Below are positions 18,141 to 27,285 of a DNA stretch of 64,000 bases, one piece after another. The stretch covers positions 7,710-71,709 of the forward strand of contig JASHOK010000006.1 of assembly GCA_030041175.1 (NCBI GenBank). Reading direction: 5' to 3'. Source of the stretch: Thermoplasmata archaeon (lineage in GTDB: Archaea; Thermoplasmatota; Thermoplasmata; Lutacidiplasmatales; UBA184). Both the position numbers and the translations under genes were made by a program. The notes under the pieces are model-generated. The model saw nothing but the letters and a program-made list of their open reading frames with translations. It was not told the origin of the DNA and did not search any database. Position 1 is the stretch's first letter, and each line of letters begins with the position of its first letter.

Positions 18141-19572
18141 CGAGCACGAGGTTGGTGGGCCGGCCTTCGACTGGGTAGCCGGCGGTCATCACGACCGGAC
18201 GTCCTGGCTCCAGGCGGTACTCCCGCCGTGCGCTCTGTTCGGCCAGCCGGCGCAGCTGGTCGAGCGAGAGGCGGGCGGGAACATGAGCCGTCCGGACTCC
18301 CCAGCTCAGCGCGAGGCGGCGTCGCGTCGAGGCAAGGCGGGACAGCGCCAGAATCGGCACGACGGGCCGAAGTCGCGAGACCAAGTGGGCGGTTCGACCC
18401 GAGTGCGTAGGCACGACAATGGCACGCGCCCCCGTAGTCTCGGCGGTCTGGACCGCCGCCTCGGCCACCGCCTCCTCGGTTCGGGCGAATGGCGTCCTCG
18501 AGGGCGGCCTCCGAAACCGTTCGCGCGCGATGGAGCCCTCGGTGGCCCGAGCGATTCGGTCCATCCAGCGTACCGCCAGGGCTGGATAGCCTCCCACGGC
18601 GCTCTCCTCGGAGAGCATCACGGCATCCGCTCCATCAAGGATTGCGTTCGCCACGTCGGTCGCCTCGGCCCGGGTCGGCCGGGGCGAATTCACCATACTG
18701 AGGAGCATCTGAGTCGCAACGATGGTCTGGCGACCGGCGCGCTGGCCGAGCGCGAGCAGGCGCTTCTGTTCGACCGCGAGACGTTCGAGAGGCACCTCGA
18801 TGCCAAGGTCCCCCCGCGCGACCATAATTCCGTCGGAGAGACGAAGAATCTCCTCGATGCCGGACAAAGCTCGGGCACGCTCGATCTTGGCGATGATGCC
18901 GACCGGACGTGGAGTTCGGCGTCGGATCTCCCGGCGCGCGTGTTCCACGTCGTGGCCTTCGGTCACGAACGAGAGGGCAACGAAGTCGGCGCCTTCCTCG
19001 AGAGCCACGCCTAGGTCGGCAAGATCCTTCGCGTCGAGGACGGGGCCACGTAATCGCGCATGGGGGAGATAGATCCCCTGGTGAGAGTGGACTCGGCCTC
19101 CCTGAACGACCCGGGTCTGAACCGCGCCGGCGGTAACACGGTCTACGTGGAGCTCGACGTTGCCGTCGCCGAGAAGCACCGGATCCCCCGCTCGCGCAGC
19201 CGTCGCGAGATTTGGGAGTGCCACTGAGAGCCGCTCCGGAGTTCCGGGCGCCGGATTCGCGTCCAGCACCACGGGTCGACCGGCCACCAAGTCGAGGGAA
19301 TCTCCGACGACCGGACCGATCCGAAGCTTCGGTCCCTGAAGGTCGGCGACGATGGCCACTTCGCTCCGGTGTCGTTCCGAGACGGCTCGTGCCGTCCGAA
19401 TGAGGCTGCGCTGTGATTCCGTGGTCCCGTGGGAAAAGTTGATCCGGAATGCATCCGCTCCCGCCACCAAGAGGTCCCGGATCGCGGGCGCTGTCGACGT
19501 GGCAGGGCCGAGGGTCGCGAGAATCCGGGTCCTTCGGAGCGAACTCGGGCCAGCCCGTCGTGACTCTGCCAT
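18127..19572 (-). CDS. pyk: pyruvate kinase
   Basis: TRILATLGPAT, FRINFSHG, MVARGDLGIEV and VATQMLLSM. Start set at MAESRR (ATG 19572) because the longer track ORF overlaps the tRNA gene. Confidence 0.9.
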   Translation of the reverse strand: MAESRRAGPSSLRRTRILATLGPATSTAPAIRDLLVAGADAFRINFSHGTTESQRSLIRTARAVSERHRSEVAIVADLQGPKLRIGPVVGDSLDLVAGRPVVLDANPAPGTPERLSVALPNLATAARAGDPVLLGDGNVELHVDRVTAGAVQTRVVQGGRVHSHQGIYLPHARLRGPVLDAKDLADLGVALEEGADFVALSFVTEGHDVEHARREIRRRTPRPVGIIAKIERARALSGIEEILRLSDGIMVARGDLGIEVPLERLAVEQKRLLALGQRAGRQTIVATQMLLSMVNSPRPTRAEATDVANAILDGADAVMLSEESAVGGYPALAVRWMDRIARATEGSIARERFRRPPSRTPFARTEEAVAEAAVQTAETTGARAIVVPTHSGRTAHLVSRLRPVVPILALSRLASTRRRLALSWGVRTAHVPARLSLDQLRRLAEQSARREYRLEPGRPVVMTAGYPVEGRPTNLVLVTST

Positions 19573-19646
19573 CCGAGCTCTCCGATGTCCTCCGGCCTCG
19601 TGAACGTGGGGACCTTTTAGTATCGTTCCCCGCTGCGCTTCCTCAT

Positions 19647-19719
19647 AGCCCCGTGGTGTAGTGGCCAAGCATGCTGGCCTTTGGAGCCGGCGACAGCGGT
19701 TCGAATCCGCTCGGGGCTA
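19647..19719 (+). tRNA. tRNA-Gln (anticodon UUG)
   Basis: 73 nt. Acceptor AGCCCCG/CGGGGCT with discriminator A, anticodon stem CTGGC/GCCGG, loop CTTTGGA (U33, TTG), T arm AGCGG-TTCGAAT-CCGCT. No encoded CCA and no intron. Confidence 0.8.
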
Positions 19720-19791
19720 TCGCGGGGAAATGACGGACCTTACGACCGGACCACTGGGCGTCCGACGGCTACCCGCTGGGAGCGCTAACGC

Positions 19792-20058
19792 ATGATCTTA
19801 CCAGGACTTGTCTCCTTGGCCTTTTATCGGCGCCGCCCGAGCCGCCTTCAAGTATCGGTCGGGCTGGCCTTTACGGTAGCAGTATCCGCGCTCCTCGGAT
19901 ACATTCAGGACGCAGGTACTTCCCGAGTGTGGCTCAACGTTGCCCTCGCCATCGCGGGTGGCGTACTCCTGTACGTCGCGATACTAGCCTTCCTCGTGTA
20001 TTGGTACTTGCCTCGGCATCCCGGGCAGGGCCCGTCTCCGTCCCAGCCCGCTCCCTGA
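19792..20058 (+). CDS. small hypothetical membrane protein (88 aa)
   Basis: Three hydrophobic segments and a P/S-rich tail. No family recognised. Confidence 0.35.
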   Translation: MILPGLVSLAFYRRRPSRLQVSVGLAFTVAVSALLGYIQDAGTSRVWLNVALAIAGGVLLYVAILAFLVYWYLPRHPGQGPSPSQPAP

Positions 20059-20112
20059 GGCTCCCACCGCGTCGCGGGCCCCTTCCCCGTCACCGGGGAC
20101 CCGAGAGGTGGA

Positions 20113-20688
20113 CTAGGCACTATGCCCCGACTGCTCCCGGAGGCCCTTGAAGGCGGTTCCCCAGGACACGAGTTGACCAAGCAGGCGCTTGACTTGATCG
20201 ACTTTGTCCGGAGAAGGCTTGAATGTGCGCCGATTTTCGAACTCCGTCAGCAGCGAGAAGAATACTTGGGCACGAACCGTGGCCACCTCCAGTTCCGCAA
20301 AGACAAGCCGAAGCTGCTCGACGGCCCGAACTCCCCCCGCGCTTCCGTAGCTAACGAAGCCCACGACCTTGTTGTGCCACTCATCGTGCAGGTAGTCGAG
20401 CGCATTCTTGAGCCCACCCGGAATCCCGTGCTGGTACTCGGCCGTGACCACGACGTAGGCATCGAACGATGCGATACGATCGGACCATGCCTTCGTGTGC
20501 GCCTTGGAGTACTGATGGGCGGCCGACGGAATCGGCTCATCGAGGATCGGGAGGTTGAATTCCATCAGGTCGACCAGCTCGACGGAGATGTCCGACCGCT
20601 GCTTGGCAATCTCGTAGACCCACTTGGCCACCGATTCCCCGTTCCGTCCCGGCCGAACCGACCCGACGATGACTGCGACGCGAAGCAT
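20113..20688 (-). CDS. NADPH-dependent FMN reductase family protein
   Basis: MLRVAVIVGSVRPGRNGESVAKWV and VVVTAEYQHGIPGGLKNALD are typical of the flavodoxin-like FMN reductase family. Confidence 0.8.
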   Translation of the reverse strand: MLRVAVIVGSVRPGRNGESVAKWVYEIAKQRSDISVELVDLMEFNLPILDEPIPSAAHQYSKAHTKAWSDRIASFDAYVVVTAEYQHGIPGGLKNALDYLHDEWHNKVVGFVSYGSAGGVRAVEQLRLVFAELEVATVRAQVFFSLLTEFENRRTFKPSPDKVDQVKRLLGQLVSWGTAFKGLREQSGHSA

Positions 20689-20824
20689 TCGATTCTCCCG
20701 AAGGGTTCTCTCGAACCTCGAGCCTCGTGGCAGCCGGCCACGGGATAAACGGCTCGTTACGGCCGCGGAACCACCTCACGGTGGACCTCGAGCCTGCCCG
20801 CGCCCTCCATTGCCGTGAATTTCT

Positions 20825-20834
20825 AATTTTTATA
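20825..20834 (+). promoter_or_regulatory. TATA-box-like element upstream of formate dehydrogenase
   Basis: aatttttata lies 46-55 nt upstream of ATG 20880 in the divergent spacer. Confidence 0.45.
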
Positions 20835-20835
20835 G

Positions 20836-20856
20836 CCGGAGCCGCTTCGGCTCCGG
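20836..20856 (+). promoter_or_regulatory. perfect 9-bp GC-rich hairpin/palindrome between the TATA box and the fdh start
   Basis: ccggagccg-ctt-cggctccgg, checked base by base. Confidence 0.5.
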
Positions 20857-20879
20857 GCCGGGCGCCGGTGGGGTGGACG

Positions 20880-21932
20880 ATGAAAGTTGTAGCCGTACTG
20901 TATCCAGGGGGACCTTCGGCCTCGAACCCAGACCTGCTCGGCTGTGCGGAGAACGCCCTGGGGCTTCGTCCGCTGGTGGAGGGCAAGGGCCACGAGCTGG
21001 TCGTCCTCACGAACAAGGAGGAACAGCTCGACGCTCAGCTTCCTACGACCGACGTCCTCGTCACGACTCCATTCTGGCCGGCCTACGTAACGAAAGAGCG
21101 GATCGAACGGGCCCCGAAGCTCAAACTGGTGATCACTGCCGGTGTCGGGTCGGATCACGTCGACCTCGCGGCGGCCGCCGCGCATAACATCACCGTGGCA
21201 GAGATCACCGGCTCGAACGTTGTCAGTGTCGCGGAGCACACGATCATGGAGATTCTCTCCCTGGTTCGAAACTACATCCCGGCCTACAAGCAGGTCATCG
21301 ACGGCCGATGGGACATCGCCGAGGCAGCGGCTCGGTCTCACGACCTAGAAGGGAAGACTGTGGGAATCGTCGGATCCGGGCGGATCGGCCAGCGGGTCGC
21401 CGTGCGGTTGCGCCCGTTTGACGTTCGGGTGCTGTACTACGACTTCCGTCGATTGACCACCGTCGAGGAAGAGGTTCTCGGGATCCGCTACGCGGTCCTT
21501 GACCAGCTGGTCCCCCAGTGTGACGTCATCACGATCCATTGCCCGCTGACGCCCGACACCGACGGCCTGTTCAATCGCGACAGGCTGTTCGCCATGAAGA
21601 AGGGATCGTACCTCGTGAACACGGCTCGAGGCCGGATCGTTGAGACCAAGGCCCTCGTCGAGGCGATGGAGAGCGGCCACCTGGCCGGATACTCGGGCGA
21701 CGTCTGGTATCCGCAGCCGGCGCCGCCGGATCATCCCTGGAGACGAATGCCCAATCACGCGCTCACGATCCATGTTTCCGGGACCTCCCTCGAGGCCCAG
21801 AAGCGCTACAGTGACGGTACGAAGGATTGCGTGGGTCGGTTCTTCGCGGGGCGGCCCCTGGAGCGGGACTACCTGATCGTGGATGGCGGGCGAGTCGTCA
21901 GCCCGAGCTATAGTGCGGCCTTCAAACAGTAA
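20880..21932 (+). CDS. fdh: NAD-dependent formate dehydrogenase (D-2-hydroxyacid dehydrogenase superfamily)
   Basis: MKVVAVLY..., TTPFWPAYVTKERIERAPKLKLVITAGVGSDHVDL, VAEITGSNVVSVAEHTIMEILSLVRNYIP and GIVGSGRIGQ closely follow the canonical FDH sequence pattern. Confidence 0.85.
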   Translation: MKVVAVLYPGGPSASNPDLLGCAENALGLRPLVEGKGHELVVLTNKEEQLDAQLPTTDVLVTTPFWPAYVTKERIERAPKLKLVITAGVGSDHVDLAAAAAHNITVAEITGSNVVSVAEHTIMEILSLVRNYIPAYKQVIDGRWDIAEAAARSHDLEGKTVGIVGSGRIGQRVAVRLRPFDVRVLYYDFRRLTTVEEEVLGIRYAVLDQLVPQCDVITIHCPLTPDTDGLFNRDRLFAMKKGSYLVNTARGRIVETKALVEAMESGHLAGYSGDVWYPQPAPPDHPWRRMPNHALTIHVSGTSLEAQKRYSDGTKDCVGRFFAGRPLERDYLIVDGGRVVSPSYSAAFKQ

Positions 21933-22001
21933 AGCCCCACCCGTTCTACGGTCCGCCATGCGGCGGGAACTGGCGGGGAGCGAGTTAGCCCACCCCCCAG
22001 A

Positions 22002-22631
22002 GTGGACCGTAACGTCCCTCGCCCGGGGATGTCCGTGACGTTCGTCTTCCCCGCATGGGACGTCTACGTTGGCGCCGCCCTGATCGTCGTCATATTCGCC
22101 CTCGCCGGCGAGGGGCTGCTGCGCCTGGTCGACGGCATCGGTCGCCGCGCGGGCTTGCGCCAGACGACGCTGCTTTGGAGTCGGGACTCGATCCGCATCA
22201 TCTGGATCATCCTGGCAGTTGTCGGGGTTGCGTACTACACGGGCCTCGCGTCGATTCTGACCGTACTTGCGGTGTCGACCGTCGGAGGCCTGGTCGTCTC
22301 GCTGGCCCTTCAGGCGACGCTCACCAATGTGATTGCCGGTCTGTTTCTCCTGCAGGACGGGACGCTCCGTCTCGGGGACGACATCACGTACTCGTCAATT
22401 TCGGGCCGGGTCATTCGCATCACACTTCGAACCTCCTGGATCATCACCGACAAGGGCGTCATCGCGGCCGTCGCGAACTCCCAGCTGATGAACGGCCCGT
22501 TGATCAATCGGACCGCTACGTCCCGGCTCGTCGTGCGCTACCACATTCCGCCGGAACTTGTTTCGCCCGTGCCTGGCGCGGGGCAGGCGCCCGCGACCCC
22601 CCCGCCGGCCGGGCCCATACCGAAGCCCTAG
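22002..22631 (+). CDS. small-conductance mechanosensitive channel (MscS-like)
   Basis: Three TM helices, then LTNVIAGLFLLQDGTLRLGDDI...ISGRVIRITLRTSWIITDKGVIAAVANSQL, the MscS pore helix plus beta-domain pattern. Confidence 0.65.
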   Translation: MDRNVPRPGMSVTFVFPAWDVYVGAALIVVIFALAGEGLLRLVDGIGRRAGLRQTTLLWSRDSIRIIWIILAVVGVAYYTGLASILTVLAVSTVGGLVVSLALQATLTNVIAGLFLLQDGTLRLGDDITYSSISGRVIRITLRTSWIITDKGVIAAVANSQLMNGPLINRTATSRLVVRYHIPPELVSPVPGAGQAPATPPPAGPIPKP

Positions 22632-22694
22632 AGCCACCGGCGCCATCGACCCCGCGGTGCCACTATCGCGGGACCTAAGTACCTGGGAACCGTT

Positions 22695-23453
22695 GTGTCG
22701 CGGATGTCGCCCCCCGCTGCCGGCGGATCCCCGTCTGCGCGGCCGTCGCTGAGTCAGGACGATAGCACCGGACTGGGCCGACTCGGGACTGGGGCCGGGG
22801 TTGGGCTCGCGGGCGGGATCGTCGGGGTCGTCTTGCCAATCGTCTTTCTCTGGCTCGCGGCACACAATCCGGGTGGCTTCTTCACCTACGACACGACGCT
22901 CGTGGATACGACCGGTTTCTTCGTACTCGCGGGGGCCATTCTGCTCTTGATTTCGCTCTTCATGTACCGGCGCGGTTTTGCAGCTCTGCGCAAGGCCGAC
23001 GGTCGATTTACCGCGGCGTCGATTCTCTGCATCATAGGCTCGATTGGCTTCTTGCTGCTCTTGATCGCAGCTGCGGTCCTGGTCGGGACCAGTAGCTCGC
23101 TAATCTCCTGTCTGCACGAGTCGCCCAGTCACGCACTTTCCTGCGTGGAGTCGGGTCAGCCCTTCGGAGCATACACGGCGCTGATCGGGTTCTGGCTGGG
23201 CTGGCTGGGCGGGCTCGGTATCGTGCTGGGGCTGGCGATCGCCGGCGGCCGGTTCCACGTCGGTGCTGTGTCGGGTGGCGCGGCGCTCTACGCGCTCCTC
23301 CTGGTGGTCCTGATCGGACCCTTCCTGAATCTCCTAGTCTCGATTCCGGGCGTGGATTACCTGCTCCTCATCGCGCCGGTCTTCATCGTCCTGGCCCCGG
23401 GTCTCGTGCTGGGAGGAACCCGGCGGGCACTGCTGAGCCGTCCGCCCAGCTAG
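22695..23453 (+). CDS. polytopic membrane protein, function unknown (possibly DUF973-like)
   Basis: About 6 TM segments and a MYRRGFAALRK loop. Family call is from memory only. Confidence 0.5.
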   Translation: MSRMSPPAAGGSPSARPSLSQDDSTGLGRLGTGAGVGLAGGIVGVVLPIVFLWLAAHNPGGFFTYDTTLVDTTGFFVLAGAILLLISLFMYRRGFAALRKADGRFTAASILCIIGSIGFLLLLIAAAVLVGTSSSLISCLHESPSHALSCVESGQPFGAYTALIGFWLGWLGGLGIVLGLAIAGGRFHVGAVSGGAALYALLLVVLIGPFLNLLVSIPGVDYLLLIAPVFIVLAPGLVLGGTRRALLSRPPS

Positions 23454-23479
23454 GCGCTCGGGCGGACCGGTCCGCCAAG

Positions 23480-23812
23480 CTATCCCGTCGAGCCGCGGAA
23501 GGCCCGGAGTCCCCCCTGGGCGTTGTACGCAAACTCACAGCGATAGATCGCCGGCCCGTGTCGGGCCTCGGCATTCCGACCCCGCCGGTCCCCGGCGATC
23601 GTCAATCGGTCAACCGTGGGCCAACCGGTCTCGACCTTGATCCGGGCGACGAGGTTCCGGAACTGAACCGCGCACACTTCGCAGCAGAAGAAGAGCCGCT
23701 GGCCCTCCACTTCCTCCCAGAGGTCCCCCCAGCTCGAGTCGCAGATGGCGCAGGCGGTGTAGTTAACCTTCAAACTGGGTCCCCCGTTCGAGCCGGGCAA
23801 CCAGGTAATCAT
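23480..23812 (-). CDS. small Cys-rich putative metal-binding protein (Ta0938-like?)
   Basis: CAIC...CCEVC cysteine pattern. An alternative TTG start at 23773 would reduce the overlap with the upstream gene to a few nt. Confidence 0.5.
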   Translation of the reverse strand: MITWLPGSNGGPSLKVNYTACAICDSSWGDLWEEVEGQRLFFCCEVCAVQFRNLVARIKVETGWPTVDRLTIAGDRRGRNAEARHGPAIYRCEFAYNAQGGLRAFRGSTG

Positions 23813-24659
23813 CGAACAGGTCTGCCGAGCGAAGGAAGGTGGCCTGAACGGCCTCTCGCTGGCCCGGGCCGGTCGAAAACTGCTCGACCAACTCCAGCGC
23901 CTCGTCCGAATGACCCACGTCGGCCTCGTAGCCTTCGCGGAGGAAGGCTTGGGTCTCGTGCGTTACTTCCGTGCCCTGGAGGATCCGCGGATCAAAGTAT
24001 CGGAGAGTGGCCCCGTGTTGGACGAGCTCCCGGTTCGCGATCAGCTCGAGACTGTGCATCGCCGCCATCGCCTCCACCCAGGGCTCCTCGCTCGCGATCC
24101 GGTTCCATGCTCGGATTCCCACCGCGGTGGACGGTAGCGGCGGAGTGGCCAGGATTTGTGCCCGGTCGAGTCCCAGGCTCTCGCCCATCCGGAGCAGGAG
24201 CTCGTAGTGCGACGGAGCCGGCGTGCCGAAACCCCCGAACTCGGTGTTCAGGTTGTCGAGTTCGTACCGGGCTACCGCCGGTTCGTCGGTGCGGGCCATG
24301 ATGAACGCGCACGAACGAACCCACTGCCGGAGGAAATGCTGGTGCTCGACCACGTAGCCCAGAAGCGTCGCGCGCGAGGGGTGTTGCAGAGCCACCGGGA
24401 ACGGGTGAGGGGTTGGGCCGTAGAACTTCTGGATAAACCGGTCCTTAATCCAGACAGACACCGGCTTCCCCTCCAGATCGAAAAAGGCCCGGAGCCGGCC
24501 CTCGAGTTCCCGAGCGGGCATTTTCTGTCGGGAAATGTTCTGGTTGAGCCAGCGGACGTGGCCGGAATCGCTCGCGTCAGCCTGCGCAACGAGGTGCGCC
24601 GCCAAGGCGGAGTAATCTCCCAGTCCAAATCGCTCGAGGCACGCGGGACACTTTGTCAT
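23763..24659 (-). CDS. N-terminal zinc-finger fused to a heme-oxygenase-like / iron-containing redox enzyme domain
   Basis: MTKCPACLERF...AAHL...GH (C-x2-C...H...H) is followed by an all-helical domain (YVVEHQHFLRQW, HYELLLRMGESLG, MAAMHSLELIANRE, EGYEADVGH). This resembles the TenA/PqqC/HO-like four-helix-bundle family. Confidence 0.6.
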   Translation of the reverse strand: MTKCPACLERFGLGDYSALAAHLVAQADASDSGHVRWLNQNISRQKMPARELEGRLRAFFDLEGKPVSVWIKDRFIQKFYGPTPHPFPVALQHPSRATLLGYVVEHQHFLRQWVRSCAFIMARTDEPAVARYELDNLNTEFGGFGTPAPSHYELLLRMGESLGLDRAQILATPPLPSTAVGIRAWNRIASEEPWVEAMAAMHSLELIANRELVQHGATLRYFDPRILQGTEVTHETQAFLREGYEADVGHSDEALELVEQFSTGPGQREAVQATFLRSADLFDDYLVARLERGTQFEG

Positions 24660-24675
24660 GGGATTCTGCGTGACG

Positions 24676-25047
24676 TCAGAGCGGAAACTCGGCCGGGAGC
24701 CGAGACCTCAGACGCCGGTACTCCGGGTCATTCCCGAATTCGCGACGCATTCGCTCGAGCGTCGCCACAACGTCGGCGGGCGTCCGCCGACGGGCGTCGG
24801 CGACCATCCCAACGGTTCCCTCGAAGTCCGCGTGGCACGCCTCGAAGCAGTTGCCCATCCCCGTGAGGAGTTCCCGTTCCTTCGGGTCCACGGTGGGGAA
24901 CACGGTCGCCCCCTCAAATCGGCGTCGGCGGGGGACCACGGACCGCTTTCGGGCCGGGAACCATTCATTAGCCGTCGAGATGTAAGGCGGACGGAGACTC
25001 AAGATGCCGCCGCGCACGCGAGGCCCGAGGGGTCGGTCCGTCGCCAA
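24676..25047 (-). CDS. hypothetical protein (start uncertain: 25047, GTG 24939 or ATG 24861)
   Basis: Same strand and 17 nt upstream of the HO-like gene. Contains GNCFEACH. The longest form overlaps the citrate synthase start by 44 nt. Confidence 0.35.
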   Translation of the reverse strand: MATDRPLGPRVRGGILSLRPPYISTANEWFPARKRSVVPRRRRFEGATVFPTVDPKERELLTGMGNCFEACHADFEGTVGMVADARRRTPADVVATLERMRREFGNDPEYRRLRSRLPAEFPL

Positions 25048-26344
25048 GCCGAAGAAGGAAAGCGCACTCTCCGTCCTGGACCAACGGACCGGGCGATCCT
25101 ACACCCTTCCGGTCCAGCAGGGCTCCATCCACGCGCCGGATCTCCGACAGATCCGGCGTTCCGAGACGGATTTTGGACTGCTGAGCTATGACCCGTCGTT
25201 CCAGAACACGGCGGCCTGCAAGAGCAGCATCACGTACATCGACGGCGGCGCGGGAATTCTCCGTTACCGCGGGTACCCGATTGACGAACTGGCCGGCCAC
25301 CGCAGTTACCTCGAAGTCGCGTACCTGCTGGTATACGGCCATCTGCCGAACAAGAACGAGCTCGGCGACTGGCTGCACAACATCACCTACCATACCATGT
25401 TGCACGAGAACGTCAAGAAATTCATGGACGGCTTCCACCACGATGCGCATCCGATGGGGATGCTGGTCGGAACCCTGGCCGGCCTCTCGACGTTCTATCC
25501 GGAGGCCAAGCAGATCCACGACGAGCCGGTGCGGCAGCGCCAGATCCACCGGCTGATCGCCAAGATGCCGACGATTGCGGCGTTCGCGTTCCGGCACTCC
25601 ATCGGAATGGCGTACATCTACCCCAGCAACGACCTCGGCTATGCGGAGAACCTCCTCACGATGATGCATCGCCCGTCCTGGACGACGGGCTACACACCGG
25701 ATCCCGTCCTATCCAAGGTTCTCGACATCCTGTTCGTGCTGCACGCCGACCACGAACAGAACTGCAGCACCCTCGCGATGCGAACGGTCGGGAGCTCGCA
25801 CGCCGATCCCTACACCTGCGCCGCTGCCGCGGCCGCCGCCCTGTACGGACCCCTTCACGGAGGAGCGAACGAGCAAGTCGTGGCGATGCTGCGGGAGGTC
25901 GGGAGCCGCGACCGGATCCCGCGGCTCATCCGCCAGGTCAAGGCCGGAAAGAGGCTCCTGATGGGATTCGGTCACCGGATCTACAAGAACCGGGACCCGC
26001 GTGCCGAGATTATCAAAAAGGTGGCTCCCGAGGTCTTCCAGGTCACGGGCCGCAACCCCTTGATCGACATCGCCCTTGAACTCGAAAAAGTGGCCGAGTC
26101 GGACGACTATTTCATCAAGCGGCACCTCTACCCGAACGTCGACTTTTACTCCGGGATCATCTACCAGTCCATGGGGTTCCCGGTCGACATGTTCCCCGTG
26201 CTGTTCGCCATCCCACGGATGTCCGGGTGGCTCGCGCAATGGCAGGAGATGCTCCTCGACCCCGACCAGAAGATCAGCCGGCCGCGCCAGCTCTATACCG
26301 GCTCCGGGCTCCGCCACGTACCGAGGTCCGGAACCCCGGACTGA
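25004..26344 (+). CDS. gltA: citrate synthase
   Basis: ILRYRGYPIDELA, LHADHEQNCST, GPLHGGANE and MGFGHRIYKNRDPR are signature motifs. Confidence 0.9.
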   Translation: MPPRTRGPRGRSVAKPKKESALSVLDQRTGRSYTLPVQQGSIHAPDLRQIRRSETDFGLLSYDPSFQNTAACKSSITYIDGGAGILRYRGYPIDELAGHRSYLEVAYLLVYGHLPNKNELGDWLHNITYHTMLHENVKKFMDGFHHDAHPMGMLVGTLAGLSTFYPEAKQIHDEPVRQRQIHRLIAKMPTIAAFAFRHSIGMAYIYPSNDLGYAENLLTMMHRPSWTTGYTPDPVLSKVLDILFVLHADHEQNCSTLAMRTVGSSHADPYTCAAAAAAALYGPLHGGANEQVVAMLREVGSRDRIPRLIRQVKAGKRLLMGFGHRIYKNRDPRAEIIKKVAPEVFQVTGRNPLIDIALELEKVAESDDYFIKRHLYPNVDFYSGIIYQSMGFPVDMFPVLFAIPRMSGWLAQWQEMLLDPDQKISRPRQLYTGSGLRHVPRSGTPD

Positions 26345-26353
26345 GTCGGCCGC

Positions 26354-26641
26354 TCAGCCCTGTACCGTGATGGTGCCGGACCGGCCCATCGAGACCTGCA
26401 GCTTCCCGCGGTAGTCCTTGACCCATCCGTCGGTGATCTTGATCTTCTGGCCCACGCTGTACTTCTTCGTATCGTCGCCCCACAGGGTGAGCGTGATCGT
26501 GCCGGTCTCGTCCTTCAGTGTCGCGTCGGCCACCTTGGAAGCCCCGCGCGACGTGGTGACGTCGCGTACGTCGGAGATCGCGGTGATAGTGGCTTCGATC
26601 GTCGCATTCGAATTCGCGCGGAGAGACGAGATTCCGACCAT
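26354..26641 (-). CDS. OB-fold nucleic-acid-binding protein (single OB domain)
   Basis: 95 aa. A beta-rich pattern (ATLKDETGTITLTLWGD...GQKIKITDGWVKDYRGKLQV) is typical of tRNA_anti/SSB-like OB folds. Confidence 0.6.
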   Translation of the reverse strand: MVGISSLRANSNATIEATITAISDVRDVTTSRGASKVADATLKDETGTITLTLWGDDTKKYSVGQKIKITDGWVKDYRGKLQVSMGRSGTITVQG

Positions 26642-26707
26642 GGTGGCCCGAGCGAATCCAGTCTTAGTTAAGCTTCTTGCGGCCGCGCTGCCATGGGCCC
26701 GGAGCGG

Positions 26708-27193
26708 TCAAGGAGGAGGCCCGCGGCGGGCCGCGGCCTCCAGCGTTCGAAGCCAGAGTGCATGTCCTTGGAACATCCGGTTCGGCCGCAGGAAGTGGTC
26801 CAAGCGGGCCAGGGCTCCGTACTGGGACTCCTCGGTCACTACGTGGGTTCCCGCGCCGCTGTCCTCCAGCAGCCATGCATGGTAGACATCGACCCCGAGG
26901 CCGCGCGCAGACCAAGCCAGCCGGGAGGGGGCCGCGAACTCTTCCACCCGCGAGACGAGTGAGGCACCGAACGTCCTCCACTGGAACTCCGTCCCGGGTC
27001 CGAGGTCCCGTTCCCCTGCGGGGAGCCGCACGTCACGGCAGTTTGGATACCAGGCGGCCCACCCGGAGGCCCGGATGAGCCAGCTCCAGAGCCGCTCTCG
27101 GGGGACCTCCATGGCAGCCTCATTCCGAACGTGCACCGGCGCCCGCTCTGGGCGGAAACGCTCCGGCCACCGGATCGCACTCCCGGGCCCCAT
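26708..27193 (-). CDS. SRPBCC (START/Bet v1-like) family protein
   Basis: RERLWSWLIRASGWAAWYPN...GTEFQWRTFG...SRLAWSA...VYHAWLL pattern of polyketide-cyclase/AHSA1-like SRPBCC proteins. Confidence 0.65.
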   Translation of the reverse strand: MGPGSAIRWPERFRPERAPVHVRNEAAMEVPRERLWSWLIRASGWAAWYPNCRDVRLPAGERDLGPGTEFQWRTFGASLVSRVEEFAAPSRLAWSARGLGVDVYHAWLLEDSGAGTHVVTEESQYGALARLDHFLRPNRMFQGHALWLRTLEAAARRGPPP

Positions 27194-27278
27194 AGTCCGG
27201 GTGCAAGGACCCGAGGATTTACCACTACGGCCCCGAAATGCGCACTCCTACGTGCCTCCAATGCGGCCGGACCCTAGG

Positions 27279-27285
27279 TATTTAT
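27279..27285. promoter_or_regulatory. TATA-like element in the 336-bp divergent spacer
   Basis: tatttat is the only AT-rich patch in the spacer. It lies about 88 nt from the SRPBCC ATG (27193) and about 245 nt from the SPFH ATG (27530). Orientation cannot be decided. Confidence 0.3.

Noticed and set aside
18127-19668. Full 513-aa version of the pyruvate kinase ORF (TTG start)
   Set aside because: Its first 22 nt overlap the tRNA-Gln gene on the opposite strand. The conserved PK N-terminus begins after the internal ATG at 19572.
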